Shown: one piece after another, positions 40,172 to 55,585 of the stretch
Numbering within the stretch: position 1 is the first letter of the stretch
Layout: each line of letters opens with the position of its first letter
Source of the DNA: Octopus vulgaris
Lineage: Eukaryota
Assembly: GCA_951406725.2 (NCBI GenBank)
Contig: OX597819.1
Span: forward strand, 24,366,001-24,430,000
DNA length: 64,000 bases
Direction of reading: 5' to 3'
Position numbers and translations under genes: made by a program
Notes under the pieces: generated by a model
What the model was told of the DNA's origin: nothing
Seen by the model: the letters and a program-made list of their open reading frames with translations, nothing else
The model's database searches: none

Positions 40172-40200
40172 TATGTATATGTTTATACTTATGTATGTAT
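39921..40200. repeat. Inverted duplication of a complex TA/CA microsatellite
   Basis: The interruptions of the left arm are mirrored in the right arm around ~40060. Confidence 0.85.
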
Positions 40201-40618
40201 ATATATATATATGTATACATACATACATACACACATATATGTATATATATACACGCAAATGCACAAATATACACGTATACACGTATACGCGTACTCACAC
40301 ACATACAAATCATACATCTCTGCCTCTCTTTCTCTCTCTCTGTCCTCTAACTTGATATTCCTCAATCAACTAGAAAGTATCGGAATTCGCTGGAATTCCT
40401 TAAATACCTCCAGACAAAGTCGCTACGCTGCTTCTTCGATGTTTTTCAGACATCAAATACATTCCAGAGTCTATCAAGGTTCGGAGTGGAACGAAATTGC
40501 ATTTAATGGAGTTCGGAAAGCGATACTGGACAGTAGAAATTCAATAAAACCACCAGTTCCTCGATTTCAGAGAGAATGGTGAAAGCTGCTCTTGTAAGGC
40601 GTCCCTCAACTCTTTGGA

Positions 40619-40621
40619 TTA

Positions 40622-40658
<37 letters not shown>

Positions 40659-40682
40659 CATTATTATTATTATTATTATTAC

Positions 40683-40727
<45 letters not shown>

Positions 40728-40738
40728 CATTATTATTA

Positions 40739-40803
<65 letters not shown>

Positions 40804-40859
40804 GTTACTATTATTATTATTGTTATTATTATTATTGTTACTGTTGTTGTTGCTGTTGA

Positions 40860-40914
<55 letters not shown>

Positions 40915-40950
40915 TATTATTATTATTATTATTGTTATCGTCGTTGTTGT
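40619..40950. repeat. (ATT)n microsatellite
   Basis: Directly visible. Confidence 0.95.
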
Positions 40951-41309
40951 TTACCGTTATAGCCTACAGGCATTCTTGATTTTCTTTTTTTTTCTTTCCT
41001 CCTTCGTAGATGGTTTTTTTTTTATGATTTAATTTTTTTTTTTCGTTTTGCTTTCTTGATATTGTATAGTTTTTTTTCTTTCTTTCTTATCTATTTTGTT
41101 ATATCACATTTATAGGACGTCCATTACTGGCAAACCGTTACCCTCCCCGCCGCGCCATTCAACCACCCACGTCCACGTCCACTGCTACCACTTGTGCCAG
41201 TGTTACACACTGCCATCACCTACACTATTAATTGCAACAACAACAGTAACAGCAACTATAAATACACTACTACAGTTGTTATCATCATCGTCATCATCGT
41301 TATTATTAC

Positions 41310-41438
<129 letters not shown>

Positions 41439-42644
41439 CATCATCATCATCATCATCATTATTATTGTTGTTGATGTAGTTGTTGTTATTATTGCTGATG
41501 ATGATTATGATGATGATGCTTCCTCAGAAAAGCACTACCACCATCTCCGCTGCCGCGCCGCCACAACCGCCGCCACCACCACTACCACCACTACCACCAC
41601 CACCACCACCACCACCACCACCACCACCACCAGCAGTAAGAAAAATAACGGCAGCAACAACAACAAGAGCAAAGCGCATTCACGAAGACACTTCTAACAA
41701 CACCCAGTAATCGATGGCTCCGACATTGCCCAACACCAACACCACCTAGCGACGACACCAAGAAAGCCGCTGATCCTCCACTCTCTCAAGAATACCCCCA
41801 CCTCTCTTCTTCACAAAAACGTCACTGGTCGTAATAGCCAAAAGCGTATCTTATCTGTTCAGTATGACTCAATCACTATTTCATTCAGTATAGAGTCTAT
41901 TTGTTAGCCATAGAAACCTTTATTTTATTTTTCATTTTATTCTTAATTCTTTCTTTTCTTATAACACGAACTCCATTAGGATTTCAACAACAACCAATGA
42001 AATACTTTGGTTTTCATAATGGCAATTTATAGACCTGTGGACGCAGTATGGTCAATTGGTTAAGAAGTTCGTTCGGTAATCCCTTGGTCTTAGGTTCGAT
42101 CTCTACGTGGTGTCATAAGAAAGTGATTTTTTACCACTGCCTCGATTGAACCCAAAACTTGTTCATTGTACAGATGGAAATTGTATAGAAACCTGTCCAA
42201 TAGGTTGTACCTGTAACTAAAATACACGGTCTTCTGTCATATTCATTCTGTCTCGGGATTATGCTAAGATACACGTGTCTGTGGAGTTCACAACTACTAA
42301 CGTGTTGATTCAATGAACAGGTAATTCAGTCGATCAAACAACCAAATTCTCCACATTGAAACTGGCGGAGACCCATTTAATTACATTTACGTTACTCATA
42401 GATGCAAAAGGGCTGAATGAGTACAGTACCTGTTCTCCGATCGTGGGACACAAATCCGATGCACGTATGTTATATTTTTTTTGTGTGTGTTTCTGCGCAA
42501 AATGTCTTCATTTCTTTAGTGTCTTCATTTAATTGTCGTTTAGTGGTAAATATTATATCATTTGTAATGTTACTTGAGAAAGACTAGTAAATTAAGGACT
42601 TTATCTCTTCAACCCTATTAGACCAGAGCTAACCTCTGTTATGA

Positions 42645-44517
42645 CACAATTTACCAGGATTTTAGTAGTTTCAAAATTAAGAATCAAGGTAACATATACA
42701 GAAGACAAGTTCGATGCATCCATTTATTGCGTATTTTAAATTACTCTATGATAAATGCAATTTTCAGTCCAATAAGATATATACTAGTAATTTGCTTGCA
42801 GCCAATCAGTAACAAACGTAACAATTTTAAAAAGAATATATATATTTATTGTATTTTTCTGCTGATTCCAAAAATGAAATTATTTTTTGTGTATCATCAA
42901 CAGTTAAAAAAATATGTCGACTTTCAATGTTATTATATATTCGGTATTGTTATAATGTTCCGCTACTAAATGTATGTCTAATTTTCTCTTTCAGACCAAT
43001 TACTAAATTCTGCTACTTTCAGGATGGCTACTAGAGTATGTAAAAATTCTCCAGATACATTTTGCTATGTCTGTGGTTATTATATTGGAAAAAGGCAGGT
43101 ATTACATAAGATCGTGAAAGGTGCAAAATTGGGAATAGCGTACAGACTCTATTTCGGAATGCCCATGGGTGACCAGGACAACCATGGGCCCCACATGTGA
43201 TATGTGGAAGCTGTCGATTTACTCTAGAAGGATGGTTAAGAGGTACAGGAAAGTCAATGCCTTTTGCCATTCCAAGGGTATGGAGAGAACCAAAGAACCA
43301 TCAGGATGACTGTCACTTTTGTATGATCGATCTGACAAAGTACAGAAAAGTATCCAGACATACCATCATCTAGAGCACCTGTCCCACATGACAGTTTACG
43401 AGTACCACTACCACCAGAAAATATTTCATCTGAAGAGTCAACAAGCAGCAACAGCTGAGTTCAAGTGGGATGTTTGTGGTGATTTCAAGATGCTTGCCTT
43501 CTTGCTTGGCTTACAAGAGGGATACACAAAGTATTCATGTTTCCTTTGCTTATGGGACAGAAGAGCTAATGATGATCATTACAAGAGATTACATTGGCCC
43601 CCACGAGTGGAACTGCAGCCAGGAGTGTTAAATGTTCTCAAACAGCCACTAGTAGAATCCAACAAAATCTTATTACCCCCACTTCATATCAAACGCGGAT
43701 TGGTAAAACAGTTTGTGAAGGCCTTAGATTTTAGAGGAGAAGCTTTTCAAGAAATATGTCTTATGTTTCCAAAGCTGTCTAAGGCTAAGATTAAGGGTGG
43801 CATATTTGTTGGGCCCCAAGTAAATGCAAGGTTAAAGTCGAAGAAACTGGAAAGAGCGATGACAAAAGTTGAAAAAGAAGCTTGGTGTGCATTTCGTGAT
43901 GTAGTTCGTGGATTCCTAGGAAATCACAAAGCTTATTGAAAATTTCAAGAAAATGGGTTGTCGCATATCCTTAAAGATTCATTTTTTGCACACTCACCTG
44001 GATTTTTTCCCTGAAAACTTGGGTGATGTCAGTGAGGAGCATGGTGAGAGATTTCATCAGAACATTGCAACTATGGAAAGAAGATACCAAGGACGATGGG
44101 ATACTGCTATGATGGGAGATTATATAGATGGTCCCTTGTCAGAAGAGATGCAGATATACACTCCAGAAAATCTCGATCGTCAAAGCACTTCTCATCTTAA
44201 GAAAAGAGTTATCAAGGCATTTACAGTGCATAATGTTATTGTTTCTTTTTGTTCTAACTACTGTTATACTTCCTAAATACCTTTCAATATATGAAAAAGT
44301 ACTAAATGTTGTGTAATTACCCTTACAATACTAGAATAGATTGAACCAACAAAGTGCTGTAGAGAAAAGTTACAAATATAACGAGCAAATATGAAATTAG
44401 GAATAAATAAATAACTATCGATGTTACGTCAAAACAAATGTGATTTTTTAATTTAGAGGCAAAAAATGCATATATGTACATTAAAAAATACAAACAAATA
44501 AAACGTGTTACATTGTG
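42645..44517 (+). mobile_element. Chapaev3-like (CMC) DNA transposon, decayed
   Basis: Ends CACAATTTACC...GTTACATTGTG flanked by TGA/TTA (TWA-like). Broken ORF from 43024: MATRVCKNSPDTFCYVCG, PHVICGSC, MPFAIPRVWREPKNHQDDCHFC, WDVCGDFKM..GYTKYSCFLCLWD, LLPPLHIK, KIHFLHTHLDFFPENLGDVSEEHGERFHQ. Family assignment is from motif recall. Confidence 0.8.
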
Positions 44518-45792
44518 TTATCATTTTGCTTTCTAGGAGTAATTCCGTGTCTTAGATTTAGTCATTGCATCAACAGAAGAGTAAAAACTAAGATCCCATG
44601 CAAATCTACTTCACTTGAGCCAGAATAATCTCACAACGATCTGTTTCCCTTAAAATAACATATTTGTATCTAGTATAAAATACGACCCCGTATTTGTATA
44701 ATTTGGTTTTGGTTAAATTATACTATGTGAAACATAAAGAAATCGTAACGACGTCAGCACAAAACTACGAGTTCAAGATCTGGTTTTGATTTGCAGCTGT
44801 AACTATGTTTTATAACTAACGCTCATAACGTTTAAATGTATATGTATGTCATAAGACTTCTCTATTTGGGATCAAATTTATAAAAAACATTCTTTGATAT
44901 TCTCAAGTTGTTTTAAAAATTTTGACTGGATTAGATACAAATATACTTTTTTGGTAGGGAGGAAAACTTTAAATATATGTAAATCGTCTCTAATCTCCAG
45001 TTTTTCTTTCCCTACAAGGACAAGTTCGAACTTTCTTTCGCTCTCGGTAAACTAAAAACCAACTAGATCTTTTTTTTTCTTTCATAGTTGCTCCGTGAAT
45101 GCATAATTATTACACTGTCGTTTTCAACTTCATCAAAGATGACGTAGTTAATGAGGTAATGTCATATATTGCCGTTTAAATAAAGTTACGTTCCTTTAGA
45201 AAGTAGATGGACTAAATGCCTTACAAAGTAGAAGGCTTTGGTGAAGGAACAAGCGAAAGCAGATCAATAGATCTATTGAATTACAAAATTTCTAATCAAT
45301 TCTTGAAATGAATCTCGCATGCTTTGTACCTGCTTCACTTGCCCAAGGCGTAATTCTTGGTAAGTTAACCTACAACGCTTTTACTAGCAAATTTCATACA
45401 ACCCAATCACATATCTGTTCTGGTATAGACCGTAACGACTATTGCGAGGTATCTGGGTTTTTCTTATCATCTAATGTATCAAGAAAATAATACATTAATG
45501 TAATAACAAGTCTTGAATAGAATGCTGTTTTAAGATTTAATTCCAGTTAACAATGACTCAAGAAAATTAAACTTTTCTTTGCTATTTCAGCACATGGTGT
45601 ACTGAAGTATGGGAGCCTGCATTTTGCAGCACAGTCATAAGATGAGAGTAAATCTTAGAAATATTATTCCTCAAAGTTTGATAAGACACTCGTCTGTATC
45701 TTCACGTGTATGTTGCGTATGTATGTGCTTGGGTGTGTGTACGTATGCTTAAATATATATGCATACACACACACACATATATGTATACATAC

Positions 45793-45844
<52 letters not shown>

Positions 45845-45854
45845 GTATATATGC

Positions 45855-45937
<83 letters not shown>

Positions 45938-45944
45938 AATATAC

Positions 45945-45986
<42 letters not shown>

Positions 45987-46193
45987 AAAATAAGCAACAA
46001 GAATGAATCCGGTAATTTAGTACAATTGTTTCATACTACAACATTTTATTAAAAGCTGTAAATATTACAGCAGATTTAAGATGCTGAGTAACCTTCACCT
46101 AATTTATATAGGTTTTCCAATAATATAAAAGTTTTCAAATCAAGTAATATAATATACATATACATGTACATATATATACATATACGTATATAT

Positions 46194-46233
<40 letters not shown>

Positions 46234-46541
46234 TATACATATATACATGTACATATATATATACATATACGTATATATACACATATATTCATATACATAT
46301 TTTTATATATACACACACATATGTATACACATTCATATATATATATATATATATATACATATATGTATACATATATATATACATATACATGTATATATAT
46401 ATATATATGTACATATATGTATACACATATACATGTATACATACATATATACACATATACATGTATATATACATATATATATACACACATAAACTTGTAT
46501 ATATACATAAATATATACATATATATATATCATATATATAT

Positions 46542-46604
<63 letters not shown>

Positions 46605-47847
46605 TATACATATATACAAAATTTGAGGAAGCCATATCCCCGGAAGGGATTGTTAAAAACAAACCAGATGCCAACTGGGGTAACCAAATACATTGATAAA
46701 AACACCTTCAATATATATATATGTTTAAACAGTCTCATAAAATTAAAACGTAAATAAAATAAAATGGAGGAGAAAATTTTAAAGATGCTTTGTTCATTTT
46801 ATTTGTATCACAATTGGAAAAGTAATTGTTAAATATATTATACATATAAGTAACGTTATATAAACAGAAGAAGAAGAAGAAGAAGAAGAAGAAGAAGAAG
46901 AAGAAGAAGAAGAAGAAGAAGAAGAAGAAGAAGAAGAAGAAGAAGAAGAAGAACGGAGGAGAAGAAAGTTATAGAAGACAAACAGAGAGGCAAACAGGAA
47001 ATTATGACGTTTCTGGAAGTGTCCTTCTTCAATAAAATTAGAGTGAAAAATAATGAAGTAAACTTTGGGGAAATCAATGAATAAATAAATATATACCTGA
47101 GTAGAAATGATGGCGAAAATCTCAAATGTCATTTGTTTACATGGCGTATGTGTAACAAAACTTTTTAAACGGCTGATGATGGTGCTACAACCTTTTAGCA
47201 CCACTTAGATCGTAAAAAAAAATTAAAGGGTTGTTGAAATCACTGTATTAATAGACTATATTTTATTTTCGGTAATATATGAAATGAAGAGTAAAACATT
47301 AAATATTTGCGTTCCCTCCTCTTCGCCTAATGTCCATGGGGATAAAAGGGAGTAGGTACTTTGTGCATTGATAACCGTTTCCGAAAATTTAAGCGACGTA
47401 AATGAAGCGAAAATCGCTCCAACTGGAAATCGAACATCCCTGTACGAAACATGCTCCGTTTCGAGACGTGGAAGTGGTGGTGGTGGTGGTTGTGGTGGTG
47501 GTGATAGTGATAGAGGTTAATCTCTACGGTGCTCGCATATCCTGAATATGCAATACTCATCTTTTTTCCAGTTCATTGCACACCAGTAGATATTTTTTGG
47601 TGGGGCTCCGGCTTAGAATTGAATGAACATCTATTTCTATTTAAAAACGAAAATATTAATCCGATATATATATTTTTTTTTTCAGATGTTTATGAAACAA
47701 ATATATTGCTTCTCTGGGATTTGAGATTTGAGCTGATCAATAATTTGAAATTTTTGGTTGATATTGTCCTATAATGCACCAGAAAGTGATCAAAAGGAAA
47801 TACAAATGATAATAATGATGGTGATGATGATGGAGATATTGCTGATA

Positions 47848-47922
<75 letters not shown>

Positions 47923-48028
47923 GTATACGAAAATTATGTGAATGAAATAGCATTACTGACTCATTTCCATATTTCAACTGCATATTGTACATACATACAT
48001 ACATACATGCATAAATATAAATACGTGC

Positions 48029-48062
<34 letters not shown>

Positions 48063-48584
48063 ATATATATATATATCATACATATGTATAATATATAGAT
48101 ATATATATGTACATTTGTATGTATGTGTATGCAAGTCTCTCTCCCTATATATATATGTGTGTATGTATATATATATATATGTGTGCATGTGTGTATGTGT
48201 GTGTATATATATATGTGTGTGGTGTATGTATGCATGTATGTATGTATGTATGTATGTATGTATGTATGTATGTATGTATGTAGGTAGGTAGGTAGGTAGG
48301 TAGGTAGGTAGATAGGTAGGTAGGTAGGTAGGTATGTCTCTTAAATGCTAAAAAAGATGCTTGCATAATAATTTCCCTGGTTTTTGTTATGTTCTACTTT
48401 GAAGAAAATCACCAATTAATCTTTAGCAAGAAAACCACGTTAGATTACCCGATCTTATATTTTTTTCCATGGGCCATATTTACTTATTTATTTATTCATC
48501 CTTACCCTGTCCCTAGTCCAACATTCTCACCTCCATTGATCATGAAAACGAGTACATTCCTAACTTTCTGTACATATATTTCTT

Positions 48585-48623
48585 GCGACGATGATGATGA
48601 TGATGATGGTGGTGGTGATGATG

Positions 48624-48655
<32 letters not shown>

Positions 48656-48666
48656 GATGGTGGTGG

Positions 48667-48748
<82 letters not shown>

Positions 48749-48860
48749 GAGGAGGATGGCCGTGGTGGTCGAGGTGGTGTTGGTGAAGATGGCGTTGCTG
48801 ATAATGATGGACGGTGGTGGCAGCGGTGGAGATTATGATAATGATGGTGCTGGTGATGGT
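48585..48860. repeat. (GAT)n/(GGT)n microsatellite
   Basis: Directly visible. Confidence 0.95.
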
Positions 48861-49418
48861 CGTAGAGCTGACGGCGGCGGTGGTACTGTTAGCCTTTGCG
48901 TAGGGAAGAGAACAAAGTTAAAAATGTACGCGTTTAAAGTAAAAACGATTTAACCCTTTTTATAAGAATTTCTTTAACTCATTTGTTGTAGATTTCTTCT
49001 TATTTTCTGGATCTTTTGCTTGCATTGTTATTAGATTATTTCTTTTTTTCTTTCCTTCTTTCTTTTTTTCATTCCTTCTTTCTTTCTTTCTTCCATTCCT
49101 TTCTTTCTTTTTTACTTTCTTTCTTTTTATCTTTCTTTCTTCGCTCCTTTCCTTCCTTCCTTTTTCCTTCTTTCTTGTCTTCCTTCCTTTTTCCTTCCTT
49201 ACTTATTTATTTCTTTCGTTCTTTCTTTCGTTCTTTGTTTCTATTTAGTTTTTTTGTTTGTTTTTTTTTAGTATTTCTATGCTTTTTACCCTCCTCCTCA
49301 AGCATCACCATACAAGTTTTTTTCTTGGAGAAGTTTGTCTCTGGAAACTTCTCTTTTGCGATTTATTAACGACGTGGATGTCACCTAATGGTAAGCAAGA
49401 GGAAAAAGAACATAAAAA

Positions 49419-49590
49419 GATGATGACGATGATGATGAGGAGGAGGAGGGGGGGCGACGACGATGACAGTGGCGCTGCTGATGATGACAACGATGACTTC
49501 AATGATGATGATGATGACGATGACCATGTTGATAGCGGTGGTGGCAGCGGTGACGATGATAATGATAATGATGATGGTGGTGATGGTGTA

Positions 49591-49640
<50 letters not shown>

Positions 49641-49641
49641 C

Positions 49642-49684
<43 letters not shown>

Positions 49685-49691
49685 GTGGTGG

Positions 49692-49734
<43 letters not shown>

Positions 49735-49738
49735 GGTG

Positions 49739-49827
<89 letters not shown>

Positions 49828-50002
49828 GATGATGATGATGCTGATTGTGATGATGATGATGATGATGATGATGATGGTGGTGATGATGATGATGACGATG
49901 ATGATGATGATGATGATGATGGTGATGATGATAATGATGATGGTGATGATGATAATGATGATGATGATGATAATGATTGTGATGATGATAATGATGATGA
50001 TA

Positions 50003-50040
<38 letters not shown>

Positions 50041-50335
50041 AATGATTGTGATGATGATAATGATGATGATGATGATAATAATGATTGTGATGATGATGAT
50101 GATGATGATGATGATAATGATGATGATGATGGTGATGATGATGATATGATGATGATGATGATGATGATGGTGGTGTTGGTGATGATGATGATGATAATGA
50201 TGATGATGATGATGATGATGATGGATATAACGATGAAATAACATGATGATGATGACGACAAAGAGGATGGTGGCAATGAGGATGATGATGATCACGACGA
50301 GGGTGATGGTGATGCTGACGACGACGACGACGGGG
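49419..50335. repeat. Long degenerate (GAT)n array (~0.9 kb)
   Basis: Directly visible; source of the 323-369 aa low-complexity ORFs. Confidence 0.95.
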
Positions 50336-51640
50336 ATTGTTGGAGGAAATGATGAACTATTGCAACAAATAATTAAAAAAAGGTAAGAAAGAAAATGAAG
50401 AAATACGTGAAATTGTTCCAAAACATGACAAAGAATTGACAGAGGAATCAGTAAATGGAAACGTCTGCAGACGATCCAATATTTGTCCAATCAAAATATA
50501 GTAAGGAACATATCACGCTCTTCTCTCTCTCTCTCTCTTTAAGACATTCACTCACACAAACATGTACACACATAGACACACAGGCACGCACACGCTCGCT
50601 CACGCACGCACGCGCACACACGCACATATACATACACATACAAACATACACACGGGTGCCAATCTTGCAGACACACATAACCACACACATTTGCATAGAC
50701 TCTCTCTCGTTTTCATCTGCATATGCATACGCACATACGTGCACATTTTCATACTATCTGTTACACACATGCGCACGCACACACACACACACACACACAC
50801 ATGCACACGCATACACGTACTGTTTCTCTCACTATCATACAAATACAACCTTACTCTCTCTCTCTCTCTGTCACACACTTGCACACACTCTTTTCCTCTC
50901 TTTCTCTCTCACACGCTCTCTTACTATCTCTTTCCCTCTCTTTCTCTCCCTCTCTCCTCTCTTTCTCTCCCCCTCTCCTCTCTTCCACACAAGTGTATAA
51001 ACTCACACATGCAATTTTCTTCGCCATCGTCCCCAAGCACAAACACACACACACATACACACACATACGCACACACACACTCTCTCCCTCTATCCACATG
51101 CATACATATACTCTCATATACACACAGACCTACACACACACACACACAGATGCACTCGTACACTTTACCTCTCATATACTCACAATTAGAAAGCAACAAA
51201 CATACAAGAACACAAACCCACATTTAAAACGTCCCCGTATTTCAGAAAAGATCGTCAAAAATATCGGCACCAACAATTCTGGTAACCATAAGGAACAATG
51301 CAGAACACGATCTCCTTCAGATGTCTGACAAAGACCAGAACATTTTCAAAAGAAAGCTTTCCATGTTGAGCAGTCGGACAAATATCTGGTCAATACATGA
51401 CAGTGAAAGAAACGGAGGAAAGTAAAAACGAGGAGAATTAAGGGCAAATAGAGAATGAGTTAATCCTCCAAATTAATGTTTGCACACGTCACGTGTATTG
51501 TATTCATCAGGGTTGGTTATTGGAGTGGGTAGGTTGGGGGTTTCGGCCGCCGGGAGGAGTTGGGAGTTGGACTCTTTGCTCCTTTCTGTGCGAAGTTTAT
51601 TTCAGTACAGGAAGTTAAATAGGGCACCCACTCCCCGCCG

Positions 51641-51686
51641 AATAATAATAATACTGATGATGATGATGATGATGATAATAATAATG

Positions 51687-51730
<44 letters not shown>

Positions 51731-51737
51731 AATAATA

Positions 51738-51807
<70 letters not shown>

Positions 51808-51815
51808 TAATAATG

Positions 51816-51847
<32 letters not shown>

Positions 51848-51875
51848 AATAATAATAATGATAATGATAATAATG

Positions 51876-51909
<34 letters not shown>

Positions 51910-51943
51910 TAATATTAATAATAATAATAATAATAACAACAAC

Positions 51944-51976
<33 letters not shown>

Positions 51977-52003
51977 AATAATAATAATAATAATAACAAC
52001 AAC

Positions 52004-52036
<33 letters not shown>

Positions 52037-52060
52037 AATAATAATAATAATAACAACAAA

Positions 52061-52100
<40 letters not shown>

Positions 52101-52114
52101 TTAATAATGATAAT

Positions 52115-52163
<49 letters not shown>

Positions 52164-52190
52164 TTAATAATGATAATTATAATAATAATG

Positions 52191-52258
<68 letters not shown>

Positions 52259-52395
52259 AAGAAGACAAAGAAGAAGAAGAAGAAGAAGAAGAAGAAGAAG
52301 AAGAAGAAGAAGAAGAAGAAGAAGAAGAAGAAGAAGAAGAAGAAGGAAAAGAAGAAGAAGAATGATAATAACAAGAACAGCAACAGCAACAACAA
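51641..52395. repeat. (AAT)n-(AAG)n compound array
   Basis: Directly visible. Confidence 0.95.
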
Positions 52396-52839
52396 TATTG
52401 ATAATACGTAGAATAGGATATTGGGATTCTGTATGTCTGTCCTTTTAACGTTTCAAATCGGCGCTTGTTGACACACGCACACACACACACACACACACAC
52501 AGACATACATACACACACACACACACATACACGAAAGGATGATATCCATTCACGCAAACACATACACACACACGCACGCGCTGTTGAGTGTGTGCATATG
52601 TAAAAATATGTGTATGCATAAGTAAAGTTAAAATGAATAATTGATCCCGAAGAGTATCACATAATGACATATAAATCGAAGCTTTCGATTATATATATAT
52701 GTAATCTTCTGCAAAATCATATATTTGTATATGTTTTGTAATTTAAATTTTGTTTGTGGAATGAAACAGTCGTAGGTGAATAAGTTGATTAATTAATAAA
52801 TCAATTTGCATCCATTAAATCTCTCTGTTTTTTAACTCG

Positions 52840-52876
<37 letters not shown>

Positions 52877-53043
52877 CGGTTCGGCAAAAGAGACCGATAG
52901 AATAAGTACTGGGCTTACAAAGAATAAGTCCCGGGGTCGATTTGCCCGACTAAAGGCGGTGCTCCAGCATGGCCGCAGTCAAATGACTGAAACAAGTAAG
53001 AGTAAAGAGTAAGAGTAAAGAGTAAAGAGTATATATATATATA

Positions 53044-53300
53044 CCTTCGAAACACGGAGTAGACGAAGCAGGGGCGGCTGAAGAAGGGGAATATTCTTTG
53101 TGTTGAATGTCTTGTACTCTGTTTCTTCATTGTTTAAAAAAATGTCCGTTTCCATGGTTTTGCTTTAATGTTTTCGTTTCTCATTGAATTCGACATTTTT
53201 TGGGTGCTCTGTACACATATATGCATGTATATATACATATAGACGTAGGTACATACATATATGTATGTATATATGCATATGCTCTATTTATTATTTTGTT
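53044..53300 (+). mobile_element. Short interspersed element in (TA)n, same family as the 19299 fold-back
   Basis: GTCCGTTTCCATG...TTTTCGTTTCTC...GTAGGTAC matches the reverse complement of 19320-19469. Confidence 0.7.
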
Positions 53301-53483
53301 ATTATATATATATATATATAGGTGCATGTGTGGCTGCGTGATAAGAAGCTTGCTTCCCAACTAGTTGGTTCCAGGTTCACTGCAACTGCGTGACAACTTG
53401 GGCGAGTATCTTTTAATATAAACTCCAGCCGACTAAAACCTTGTGAGTGGATTTGGTATACGGAAACTGAAAGAATCCCATCT

Positions 53484-53516
<33 letters not shown>

Positions 53517-53702
53517 GTGTGTGACTGTCTGCATTTGTCTCCCACTACCGCTTCATATCCGGTGTTGGTGTGCATACGTCCCCGTAAACTAGTCGTTCGA
53601 CAAAAAGAACCGATAGAATAAGTACCAGGCTTAAAGCAGGCTATCACCGGTTGTCAAGCAGTGACATAAACACAAACACACACAGACAATCACACAAATG
53701 TA

Positions 53703-53768
<66 letters not shown>

Positions 53769-54250
53769 TATCTGCCTCTACCTCTCTATCTTCTGTCCCT
53801 CTGACTCTACCACTCTCTCTTCTCTCCCCACGTGACCGTTGTTCGGCCAAGCCTGATCTTTCTTTCTTGGTTCGGCCGCTGTCCGTGCAACATCTATATT
53901 CTTTCCTGTGCCTGTGAAATCTTGTATCACTTCCGTAAGGCTTTACTTCCACACACACCAGCTTAATTTAATTCGTCCTTAGTCGAAAGACACCTGTTGT
54001 TATGTCGTGATATTTGTATTTGTGTAACCTTCTCCATTTTTTCCGTCCTTGTTTTCGTATACATTCGCTGCTTTCCTCCAAGGAATCTAATTCTTTTAGC
54101 TTAGTTTTCCCTTGGGGCTGGCCAGATTAGAGCAATCTCGAGTATAACCACCCGAAATTGCAAAGATAATCTGGAACTCGATTGAAGAAAGAAAAGATAG
54201 TCCAATGACCCGTACAAGTTTTCTTTGCATCGTCTATCTGGACGTCTTGT

Positions 54251-54369
<119 letters not shown>

Positions 54370-54579
54370 CGCGTGGATTCTTCAATCTTGGAATTATTTC
54401 TCGTCCTGAAAACCAGCTGGTCTTAATTACCATTTGGTAATTATAATGCATCCTTTAGAGGCAAAGATAATTTGAATATATATAGAATCTATGTTGCGCG
54501 GTGTTTGACATACCTGTATTTGTCTGCCTGTCTCTCTGTCTCTTTTTCCATACACACATACAGACTCCTCCCCACACAC

Positions 54580-54635
<56 letters not shown>

Positions 54636-54681
54636 TCACAAATGTATATTTTGAAGAAAGTTTAAAATATACATCTATTAC

Positions 54682-54742
<61 letters not shown>

Positions 54743-55585
54743 TACACATACATATATATATATATACATATACACACGCATATATATATATATACATACA
54801 AACATACAAACATACATACATACATACATACACACACAATAGTTTATCGCATCAACTACATTTCAGTACAAAATATCTTATAGAATTCAATTTCTTCTCT
54901 AAGCGTTCCGAGCCTGAAAGACGTTGGAGTCGGTTTTCGCTTTCACACCGTCAATATTACTATTTATTCCCGGTCATATCACACCGAAAATATCAATACG
55001 CCATAGTTATAACCAATCGAACCGTTATGAACGACTATTTTAATGGTTCAATATTTCAGATATTGATCTGAAAATATTACACTTCTGAAATTGATTTGCC
55101 ATTAGCTCTTACTTTTATCATCTATGTAATATCATTCCTTGAAAACTGGTACAAAAATATTGATAGATCTCACTTGAAGGTGTTTTACTTATTTTTTCAA
55201 TAAAATATAAACTGTTTTTTTCCTTTCCAACGACATCGATTGGATTGGATATAACAGAAGAACTACGAGCGAATAAAAATGGAGCCTCTGTGTATTTTCT
55301 AGAATTAGCAGACAAATTTTCCTTCACCACCATCAGCACCACCAACACCACCCCTATCACTATTACCGCCACCACGACCACCACTACCGCAACCACCACC
55401 ACCACCACCACGAACAACAACAACAACAGCAACAACAACAGCAACAGCAACAACAACACCGCCGTTGCCGTCATGAAATCGAGGAATACATTGGACATCA
55501 TAGTCCAAAATATTGTCCTAAGATATAATGGACACAGTCGATAAGAACGACAACAAATACAACACCACCACCACCAGCAACAAGA

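Noticed and set aside
43319-44276. 206-aa and 107-aa ORFs as a host gene
   Set aside because: Frameshifted pieces of one transposase lying between TIRs.
46015-46105. Minus-strand GAAACAATTGTA half-hammerhead
   Set aside because: No CUGANGA box; only suggestive of a decayed PLE fragment.
49258-50490. ORFs of 323-369 aa (poly-D, poly-S, poly-I)
   Set aside because: Translations of a (GAT)n array that is open in several frames on both strands; no domain content.
51470-51515. Minus-strand CTGATGA near a small stem
   Set aside because: No GAAA box or helix I; a chance match.
51480-52448. 322-aa ORF
   Set aside because: Translation of the (AAT)n/(AAG)n microsatellite.
54174-54220. Hammerhead-like TTGAAGA motif in the insert at 53770-54252
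   Set aside because: GAAA box absent and helix II unpaired; too degenerate to support.
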